Part shown: piece after piece, positions 1 to 7,527 of the stretch
How positions within the stretch are numbered: position 1 is the first letter of the stretch
Layout of the letters: every line of letters begins with the position of its first letter
Notes under the pieces: model-generated
What the model saw: only the letters and a program-made list of their open reading frames with translations
What the model was told of the DNA's origin: nothing
Database searches by the model: none
Origin: Octopus sinensis
Taxonomy: Eukaryota
Direction: 5' to 3'
Assembly: GCF_006345805.1 (NCBI RefSeq)
Contig: NW_021827026.1
Location: 1-11,134 of the forward strand
Length of the DNA: 11,134 bases
Position numbers and translations under genes: made by a program

Positions 1-155
1 TAGACAGACCATAGTTAAGTTCCAGATTCGGTAATTTTGCGAATAAGGGGTTCAACGTTGGTTCTATATCAGCGTGTGTATATAACAATTTTTTTGTGTA
101 ATGAGATAAAAAAAAACCAAGGCTGTGTAGATATTAGAACATTTATAGATAGAAG

Positions 156-207
156 GCCTTACAGCTGTTTCCAGGATATTTATTAATTATATCCCTTCAT
201 CGGAGAC
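156..207 (-). ncRNA. Minimal type I hammerhead-ribozyme-like motif (Penelope-type) with variant core CCGAUGA
   Basis: Minus strand reads gtct-CCGATGA-a-gggatat(aattaataa)atatcct-g-GAAA-cagctg-TA-aggc. This gives a 4-bp stem I with one G-U, a 7-bp stem II, a palindromic ACAGCUGU stem III and a GUA cleavage triplet. It deviates from consensus by U4C and extra nucleotides flanking stem II. Confidence 0.5.
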
Positions 208-277
208 GGTGTGAGAGGCTGATTAAGTCATACGTCTCCGATGAAGGGATATAATTAATAAATATCCTGGAAACAGC
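164..277. repeat. Perfect 45-bp inverted repeat (164-208 / 233-277) with a 24-nt spacer
   Basis: gctgtttccaggatatttattaattatatcccttcatcggagacg and its exact reverse complement, checked base by base. Confidence 0.97.
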
Positions 278-398
278 GATTTATAAGTGCTCCCCTGTCA
301 TTTTTGTCATCAGAAATGCATTTCAAACCATTGATGTACCTCTTAGAAAGAGCCAAAATAATAAGATAATAAAATAAAATGAAATATATATATATATA

Positions 399-808
399 CT
401 AGCAGTATCGCCCGGCGTTGCTCGGGTTTGTAAGGGAAATAACTATATAAGCATTTTTAGAGATGTAAAGTATAATAGCCTATAATAGCCATCTCAATAT
501 GGATAAACACAAAGGGGGGGGGTGTTTCTGTAGCTTTTTACGTTCTGAGATTTGATATAAAATAAATTTTAGAGAGTTACTTCCCTTATATATGCCAAAA
601 ATGCATTAAAAATGGGAAAAATTGATGGTAATTTTTTTTTAATCGTAGACTCATCGTAGACGCGCGCTAATACCCAGAAGGGCTCGATATGAATCACGAC
701 TATGAGATACCCGGTTTTGGTTAAACTGCACCGCAAACTGTGGGAGTAGTTAGGAATCTGAACCGTAGGAGACAGACACTCACACAACCTCTCTTTTATA
801 TATAAAGA
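399..808 (-). mobile_element. Non-autonomous Helitron, copy 1 (410 bp)
   Basis: The minus strand starts TC (808-807) and ends CTAG (402-399). It sits between A and T with no TSD and has a GC-rich subterminal hairpin cccg...cggg (411-426) 8 nt from the end. A second copy is at 2172-2568. Confidence 0.85.
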
Positions 809-830
809 TATATGTAAAATGCTTACTCAC

Positions 831-928
831 CCAATTGTGAAGTGGTCAATTTGAAAAGACTGGCTGGCGTGAAAATAGTGACCAGGTGATTTTATACTTT
901 CGAAAACAATTTGGTCATAGATTTGTAC
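831..928 (-). CDS. ITPR: Next internal coding exon (98 nt, phase 0/2) of the same IP3-receptor-like gene: VQIYDQIVFESIKSPGHYFHASQSFQIDHFTIG
   Basis: Acceptor tttttgcgtctctctcctcag| (AG at 930-929), donor |gtgagt (830-825), open frame. It continues the IP3R pattern V..GD.V.L.....GQ.LHAS as VQIYDQIVFESIKSPGHYFHAS. The implied intron is 929-6615. Confidence 0.85.
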
Positions 929-1133
929 CTGAGGAGAGAGACGCAAAAACCTTATAGTACATGTAGAGGTCTATTACAAAGTAACTACGTAGACGTAAAG
1001 ATTGTCAAGTGATAGGTCATCCATTTTTGTCTTCGTGTAAGGCTAAGAAACTAAAGAAGAAGTGGAAAATAATTCGGTTCTATTCCGAGAGACCCAAAAC
1101 CCATTTCTATAGAGTTATGTGTTATTTATTGTA

Positions 1134-1280
1134 TATTTATTATTATTGTTCGACCGTGGTCGAGACAATGGAATTTACTATGTTACGCCAGACTTCACGG
1201 TCCATCATAGCATTACGGAGGTCCTGTTGCTGGATGCCTGTATCCCTGGAGATTACATCAGGGTAGGAGAGTGTGCGCCC
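1134..1280 (-). mobile_element. 5'-truncated 3' end of an RTE-clade LINE with an 11-bp TSD
   Basis: Minus frame 1280-1143 reads GRTLSYPDVISRDTGIQQQDLRNAMMDREVWRNIVNSIVSTTVEQ*, matching the RTE C-terminal pattern (Y.D...RDTG....L..AM.DR..WR). A (TAA)n tail follows. The direct repeat tatttattgta flanks it at 1123-1133 and 1281-1291. Confidence 0.85.
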
Positions 1281-1305
1281 TATTTATTGTAGTTGGTCTG
1301 TTATT

Positions 1306-1525
1306 ATTCTTTTATTGGTTTCAGTCATTTGGCTGCGGCCATGCTGGAGCAACGCCTTTAATCGAACAAATCGACTTCGTCCCTTGGACTTATTCTTTTG
1401 TAAGCCTAATGCTTATTCTATCGGTCTCTTTTTGTCGAACTGCTTAAGTTACGGGGAGGGTAAACACACTAAAATCGGTTGTGAAGCGATGGTGGGGAGA
1501 CAAACACACAGACACACAAACATAT
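1306..1525 (-). mobile_element. 3' half of a SINE of the same family as 2969-3346, inverted
   Basis: The reverse complement aligns with 3146-3346 (gagaccgatagaataag, ctccagcatg, aatgact.aaac). The 5' side runs into a TA/TG microsatellite and no head is seen. Confidence 0.85.
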
Positions 1526-1564
1526 ATGTATATGTATATATATATATGTGTATATATATATATA

Positions 1565-1680
1565 TCACCGTGATCACCGTGACCGACCAGGCTATCAGAT
1601 GCTGCTACACACCGCTAGTCACAATGCGCTTCGCATTGTTTAGCCTTCAAATGACGCCACCCGCTGGCTAAGCGAGCAGG

Positions 1681-1683
<3 letters not shown>
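1565..1683. repeat. GC-richer short interspersed-repeat-like island between two TA microsatellites
   Basis: Tandem tcaccgtga x2 (1565-1582) and hairpin acaatgcg-ctt-cgcattgt (1621-1639). It resembles a recurring octopus repeat from memory; the family is not identified. Confidence 0.45.
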
Positions 1684-1726
<43 letters not shown>

Positions 1727-1870
1727 ATATATATACGTATATACATATATATGTATATATATATATACATATATACATATATACGTATATACATATATAT
1801 ATATATATACATATACATACATATATATATATAATATATATACATATATACATACATACATACATACATT
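1684..1870. repeat. Compound (TA)n/(TACA)n microsatellite
   Basis: Read directly from the sequence. Confidence 0.95.
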
Positions 1871-1940
1871 TATGCTTTCGGTGCGAATGTTTTTTTTTTA
1901 TACGGCGCCGTGTTTTAAAATCCTGTAAATAATAATAATC

Positions 1941-2123
1941 GTGAGGTATACTTGCCATCTCAATATGGCTAACCACTAAGAGTGGATGTTACTGTAGCTT
2001 GTAGCCCCAGGAGAACATCGTCACCAGCTGAGCCAGGTGGAGACGATGTTCTCCTGGGGCTACAAGCTACAGTAACACCCACCCTTAGTGGTTAGCCATA
2101 TTGAGTTGGCAAATATACCTCAC
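1941..2123. mobile_element. Fold-back/MITE-like element: 82-bp inverted arms (1941-2022 / 2042-2123), 4 mismatches, 19-nt spacer
   Basis: Arms were compared base by base (78/82). No clear TSD, so the hairpin is certain but the element class is inferred. Confidence 0.7.
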
Positions 2124-2171
2124 ATTGTCGTGCAGTTACTGTTTATACCTCGTTCAGAGATTTATTAATAA

Positions 2172-2568
2172 CTAGCAGTATCGCCCGGCGTTGCTCGGGT
2201 TTGTAAGGGAAATAACTATATAAGCATTTTTAGAGAGTTATAGCCAAAAAATAGCAAAAAATGCATTAAAAATGGAAAAAAAATTATGGTAATTTTTTTT
2301 TTAAATCGTTGACTCATCGTAGACATTTTTAGAGAGTTACTTCTCTTATATAATAGCGGAAAAAATGCATTAAAATGGAAAAAAATGATGGTAATTTTTT
2401 TTTAAATCGTAGACTCATCGTTGACGCGTGCTAATACTCAGAAGGGCTCGATATGAATCACGACTATAAGATACCCGGTTTTGGTTAAACTGCACCGCAA
2501 AATGTGGGAGTAGTTAGGAATCTAAATCGTAGGAGACAGACACACAACCTCTCTTTTATATATAAAGA
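2172..2568 (-). mobile_element. Non-autonomous Helitron, copy 2 (397 bp)
   Basis: Same termini as copy 1: CTAG at 2172-2175, the hairpin, TC at 2568-2567, and an A|T target. It carries an internal ~99-bp tandem duplication (2225-2323 / 2324-2424). Confidence 0.85.
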
Positions 2569-2654
2569 TAATAGTATTTTTTATATAAGCTTAAAGCTTA
2601 TGGCGATCACCGTGCAACACATATATACAAACGGTTTAAGCAAAAGGAAAGGAA

Positions 2655-2798
2655 ATATGAAGCGAAACATATCTCAATGCTAACTTGAAGAGTGCTAGAT
2701 ATTCCGTTTGGCATTAAAACTGTTAGTTTCGCCACAACATGGTTCTTCATACAATGCGAGGTAACAACATTTGTCCAACCTTTATTTGCTTGCGTAAA
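2655..2798 (-). pseudogene. Possible decayed pogo-family (Tc1/mariner superfamily) DDE transposase fragment
   Basis: FTQANKGWTN and VLMPNGISSTLQVSI loosely resemble the pogo motifs KGWM and VIPGG.TS.LQPLDVS. The spacing is too short and the catalytic Asp residues are absent. Confidence 0.3.
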
Positions 2799-2968
2799 TT
2801 TCCAATCTGTTACTTTTAATGTAAGCTTTGTTTCAGAATGCTTATTCAAGAAATTTCAAATTGTGTATAAACCACAATATATTATTCTCATGCATCATGG
2901 TAAAAGTCTTTGCCCATTTATTATTGAATAAATATATACTGAAGCCTTAAAAAAATATACAATATATA

Positions 2969-3346
2969 GGCGCAGGAGTGGCTGTGTGGTAAGTAGCTTG
3001 CTAACCAACCACATGGTTCCGGGTTCAGTCTCACTGCGTGGCATCTTGGGCACGTGTCTTCTGATATAGCCCCGGGCCGACCAATGCCTTGTGAGTGGAT
3101 TTGGTAGACGGAAACTGAAACAAGCCTGTCGTATATATGCATATATGTGTCTGTGTTTGTCCCCCTAGCATTGCTTGACAACCGATGATGGTGTGTTTAC
3201 GTCCCCGTCACTTAGCGGTTCGGCAGAAGAGACCGATAGAATAAGTACTCGGCTTACAAAGAATAAGTCCCGGGGTCGATTTGCTCGACTAAAGGCGGTG
3301 CTCCAGCATGACCGCAGTCAAATGACTAAAACAAGTAAAAAAAAAG
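2969..3346 (+). mobile_element. Full-length tRNA-derived SINE (octopus-type family)
   Basis: A-box-like tggctgtgtgg (2979-2989), B-box-like ggttcagtc (3022-3030), a short internal TA/TG stretch and an A-rich end. Related fragments lie at 1306-1525, ~5810-5935 and ~9990-10170. No clear TSD. Confidence 0.9.
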
Positions 3347-3360
3347 TAAATTATCTATTT

Positions 3361-3458
3361 TTTGAGTTGCTTCCCTTCTTTTCTTATAAAATAAATTAGA
3401 ATTCGATTATAATCGAATTATTGTTTCCTCTTTAAGAAAATAAAGGAGGCAACTCAAA
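3361..3458. repeat. 98-bp symmetric fold-back: 26-bp arms (3 mismatches) around a perfect 20-bp palindrome
   Basis: Arms are 3361-3386 and 3433-3458. The centre is aattcgattataatcgaatt (3400-3419), and both share the axis at 3409/3410. Confidence 0.85.
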
Positions 3459-3547
3459 GTATTACGATATCAGAATAAAGGTAAGCGACTGTGCTGATTA
3501 GTGAGATAGGTATTTCGACTAGATTTAATAAATATTGGAGTGAAGGT

Positions 3548-3620
3548 GCGCGGTGCGGAAATCGAACTCTCGGCCTTGCGATCGTAAGCTGAATACCCTA
3601 AACCACTAAACCACGTGCCT
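3548..3620 (-). mobile_element. Isolated tRNA-like SINE head (not a functional tRNA)
   Basis: The minus strand has an A box tggtttagtgg and a B box gagttcgattt. It has no intact acceptor stem and no SINE body follows. Confidence 0.7.
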
Positions 3621-3681
3621 TATACAAATATATAAATGAACAAAATTAAGTTGAGCCACGAGGAAACTCAATATTGTCTTT

Positions 3682-4584
3682 CAAGCTCAGGAATTCAAGT
3701 TGAAACCCAACTTTTGCTGATTGCTTGAAGCGTTTTGACTTCGGGATTAAAGCCACGAATTTTCAAGATTACAGGTTCAAAGGCTCAAAACTCCATCATT
3801 ACATTCTTTCGATATTGTGGTTGCGATCTAAGCTCAGGAATTCAAGTTGAAACCCAACTTTTGTTGATCGCTTGAAGCATTTTGACTTCGGGGATTAAAG
3901 CCACGAATTTCAAGATTACAGGTTCAAAGGCCCAAAACGCCATCATTAAATTATTTTGATTGAAATTCACGAAACAAATCAATTTAACGAAAAACCACAA
4001 ACTGCAGAGTGGGCGAAACCAGTATTATGACAAATAAAGCCTAGAACCAAAAATAAAAAAAAAAAAACACACACACACAAAGTCCAGGTAATCACAATTT
4101 TTTAAAATAGTTAACCAGCTTATTACTGTTACTTGTTATATGACAGTTTATTTGATTTGTAGAGATCACAGATATAGGGTAGTTGTGATCCAAGCTCAGA
4201 AATTTTAGTTGATACCGGACTTTTGTTGATTGCTTGAAGCGTTTTGACTTCGGGATTAAAGCCAGGAATTTCAAGATTACAGGTTCAAAGGCTCAAAACG
4301 CCATCATTAAATTCTTTCGATATGGTAGTTGTGTTCCAAGCTCAGGAATTCAAGTTGATACCGGACTTTTGTTGATTGCTTGAAGCATTTTGACTTCGCG
4401 GATTAAAGCCACGAATTTTCAAGATTACAGGTTCAAAGGCTCAAAACGCCATCATTAAATTCTTTCGATTGAAATTCACGAAACAAGTGAATTTAACGAA
4501 AAACCACAAACTGCAGAGTGGGCTAAACCAGTATTATGACAAATAAAGCCTGGAGCCAAAAATAAAAAAAAATACACACACACA

Positions 4585-4654
<70 letters not shown>

Positions 4655-4775
4655 TACATAAAATTCCAGCTAATCATGCTTTCTCTTTCAATAGTTAATC
4701 AATGTGTTGCTGTTACTCGTTGTTCTATGACATAGTTCAATTTATTTGCACAGATCACAGCGATATGGTAGTTGT
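3682..4775 (+). repeat. Higher-order tandem repeat (A-A-B)x2 with A of ~146 bp and a higher-order offset of ~509 bp
   Basis: A monomers start (aagctcag) at 3683, 3830, 4192 and 4338. B blocks start (tgaaattcacgaaac) at 3961 and 4470. B contains a poly-A/(CA)n tract. Confidence 0.95.
4574..4652. repeat. (CA)n microsatellite inside the second B block
   Basis: Read directly; one interruption at 4591. Confidence 0.97.
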
Positions 4776-4816
4776 CTGACCGCCTGACTTACAAGGTTTG
4801 GTGGAGGGGACTGGCG

Positions 4817-4876
4817 GGCGGGCTGGGGTCCGTTGGCTGGTCGGTTGGTCGGAGGGTTGGTCGGTCGGTTAGTGGT
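4817..4876. repeat. Degenerate G-rich tetranucleotide tract (GGTC/GGTT/GGGC)
   Basis: Runs such as ggctggtcggttggtcggagggttggtcggtcggtt. Confidence 0.7.
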
Positions 4877-4974
4877 TACAGAGGCGTTTTTACAATCGAT
4901 ATTTTCCATTGTATGGAGAGGGTTGTAAACAGGCTTTCGCCATACTTGTCTTCAATTATTTACGCTGTCGCTTT

Positions 4975-5145
<171 letters not shown>

Positions 5146-5161
5146 ATAATTTATGGTCTTG

Positions 5162-5175
5162 TATTATAATTACTG

Positions 5176-5222
<47 letters not shown>

Positions 5223-5366
5223 TTTATATTATTATTTTTATTATCATCATCATCAGTACTATTATTATTTAAATATATATAACAATATTGTTATTGTTAT
5301 CATAATATATACAAAACATTATTATTATTATCATTGCTATTATTATTATCATTATTATTATTATCA

Positions 5367-5401
<35 letters not shown>

Positions 5402-5458
5402 TTTATTATCATTATTATTACTATTACTATTACTATTATTATTATCATTATTATTATA

Positions 5459-5508
<50 letters not shown>

Positions 5509-5610
5509 TATTATTATTATTATTATTATTATCATCATCATCATCATCATCATTATTATTGTTGTTTTTGTTGTTGTTATTGTTGCTGTTGTTGTTTTTG
5601 CTATTATTGG
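5162..5610. repeat. Long (TAT)n trinucleotide tract with CAT, TAC, GTT and GCT variants
   Basis: Read directly; explains the poly-Y and poly-I ORFs. Confidence 0.95.
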
Positions 5611-5700
5611 TTTCGTTGTAATCTCTACAGCCAAAATACGTTAAACGAATTCAACAAACTGACAATTTCTGTAGGAAAACATTTGTGGAGCTAAGCTACA

Positions 5701-5750
5701 GCTGCTGCTGCTTTCGTTGCTGCTGCTACTGCTGCGGCTGCTGCTGCTGC
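5701..5750. repeat. Imperfect (GCT)n tract
   Basis: Read directly from the sequence. Confidence 0.85.
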
Positions 5751-5809
5751 TCTCCTTGCAGCCACAGCTAAAGTTACGACGAGAATATGTACAGAACATA
5801 GATGTACGT

Positions 5810-5935
5810 CTAAGAAGTTTGCTTCAGAAGCTCAAACACCCCGGGTTCAGAATCCATGATACTCATCGCGTGCATGTATCTTCTACAAAAGCGTCAAGCT
5901 GACTATTATCACGTGGACTGAATTTGGTGGCCAAA
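5810..5935 (+). mobile_element. Highly diverged relic of the 5' part of the 2969-3346 SINE family
   Basis: Colinear patches aag.ttgct, ccgggttcag, gt.tcttct and gaatttggt. Confidence 0.5.
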
Positions 5936-6034
5936 AATATTATACGTTAGGCCGTCGTTTCATATATGCTTATAGGAAACTGCTTCGGGACCGTCAGTTA
6001 GTTTCTCAACCACGTGATAAACAAAAGAGCCCTT

Positions 6035-6276
6035 CTATATTTAAGAGATGAGGGATTATTTACATTGTTTACATTATTTACATTCGACGGATATTTGCCC
6101 TCATCTTGTTTGTTGTTAACACAACGTTTCGGCTGATATACCACTACGCGTTAGTAGCCCGCGCTACTTTGGGTTAGTAACCCGCACTCTTAAGAGTCCG
6201 GGCTACTAACTCCAAGATCCCGAGTTCGATTCCAAACAGTGACCTGAACACTAATAATAATAATAATGATGATAAA

Positions 6277-6342
<66 letters not shown>

Positions 6343-6376
6343 CATAATAATAGTAATAATAATAATAATCATAATG

Positions 6377-6441
<65 letters not shown>

Positions 6442-6589
6442 CAACAACATCGAAAAATACCTTAGGAATGAGAACCCAGGTTCGAAATTTCCCCAAGACA
6501 CCTGAGGAAGGCTGGAGGGTATATCAGCCGAAACGTTGTGTTAACAACAAACAAGAATAGGACAAATATCCGTCATATGTAAATAATGT
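6035..6589. mobile_element. Composite retro-insertion: inverted tail fragment + tRNA-like head + (AAT)n + hammerhead-bearing tail, with a 12-bp TSD
   Basis: aaaagagccctt occurs at 6023-6034 and 6590-6601. Inverted arms 6068-6142 and 6518-6592 match at 70/75. B box gagttcgattcc at 6222-6233; (AAT)n at 6252-6437. Confidence 0.85.
6497..6542 (+). ncRNA. Minimal type I hammerhead ribozyme motif (Penelope-type)
   Basis: gacac-CTGAGGA-a-ggctg(gagggtatat)cagcc-GAAA-cg-TT-gtgtt. This gives stem I gacac/gtgtt, stem II ggctg/cagcc, a palindromic ACGU stem III, and predicted cleavage after U6537. Confidence 0.7.
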
Positions 6590-6615
6590 AAAAGAGCCCT
6601 TTGCGGGTAACTTAC

Positions 6616-6696
6616 CACTTCACCTTCCGATTTCACTTTATATTGTGGCAGTATTCGAAACTGTGCGTTTTTTGCATTGAATTCCTGGAGCATAAC
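6616..6696 (-). CDS. ITPR: Internal coding exon (81 nt, phase 0/0) of an IP3-receptor-like Ca2+ release channel, N-terminal region: VMLQEFNAKNAQFRILPQYKVKSEGEV
   Basis: On the minus strand the acceptor is ttcatatttttcag| (AG at 6698-6697) and the donor is |gtaagt (6615-6610), with an open frame between. The peptide resembles the IP3R/RyR motif (F.I.P.YK.RS.G(D/E).V, from memory of the family) and joins in frame to the 928-831 exon. The symbol is family-level only; orthology is not established. Confidence 0.85.
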
Positions 6697-6805
6697 CTGA
6701 AAAATATGAACAAGTATTTAGACAAGGGTTTTTTTTTTTTAAACCAGGTGAAACAGAAGAGAAAAGAAAGGAAGCACCCATGACACTATGCGGTATTTAG
6801 AGGAC

Positions 6806-6957
6806 GGCGGTGAGCTGGCAGAAACGTTAGCACGCCGGGCGAAATGCTTAGCAGTATTTCGTCTGCCGCTACGTTCTGAGTTCAAATTCCGCCGAGGTCG
6901 ACTTTGCCTTTCATCCTTTCGGGGTCGATAAATTAAGTACCAGTTACGCACTGGGGT
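6806..6957 (+). mobile_element. tRNA-derived SINE (family shared with 9719-9928), 3'-truncated at a (TATG)n tract
   Basis: A-box-like agctggcaga, B box gagttcaaattc; alignable to 9719-9870. Confidence 0.85.
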
Positions 6958-7127
6958 ATGTATGTATGTATGTATGTATGTATGTAGTATGTATGTATGT
7001 ATGTATGTATGTATGCGTGTGTGTGCATGCATACATGTATGTATATATATATATGTATGTATGTACGAATGTATGTGTGTGTGCAAGCATGCATGCATGT
7101 ATGTATGTATGTATGTATGTATATATG

Positions 7128-7186
<59 letters not shown>

Positions 7187-7266
7187 AATGTATGTGTGTG
7201 GGTGTGCATGCGTGTACGTATGTATGTATATATATATATATGTATATATGAATGTATGTATGTATG
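6957..7266. repeat. Compound (TATG)n/(TA)n/(TG)n microsatellite
   Basis: Read directly; explains the stack of YI/MYV ORFs. Confidence 0.95.
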
Positions 7267-7527
7267 CCATCACAGATATCATAAATATCTTGTGTCAGGG
7301 TATAACACCTGCAAATAGCATTGATTGCAAAGATCTGAGCCCAGGTAAAAATATATGAGCACCTTATTAGGTAGGAAGATGTGCTAAAAAAAGATGGATC
7401 TTCTAGACACATACACACACCTGCAGAGAATCACGAAAGCCCAATTTTATAGCTGTGGTGACTGAGAGGTGAATTCAGGGAGAGATTTATAACCTGTTGG
7501 TTAGTGTCTCGGGAGAATAGAAATCGT

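Noticed and set aside
278-385. Candidate next exon after the AG-ending pyrimidine tract near 345
   Set aside because: Phase-2 translations give an early stop or no IP3R similarity.
3548-3620. Possible tRNA gene, likewise the heads at 2969, 6189, 6806 and 7959
   Set aside because: These have A/B boxes but no intact cloverleaf, and most continue into SINE bodies.
3682-4470. Repeat array superficially like a CRISPR array
   Set aside because: The units are contiguous 146-bp monomers without unique spacers, the context is eukaryotic, and there are no cas genes.
6068-6142. Active hammerhead in the left inverted arm (gene sense)
   Set aside because: It is truncated in the stem II loop and lacks CUGANGA and the 5' strands of stems I and II.
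6739-7418. Stack of overlapping ORFs (MYVC/HTYI repeats)
   Set aside because: These are (TATG)n/(TA)n artefacts.
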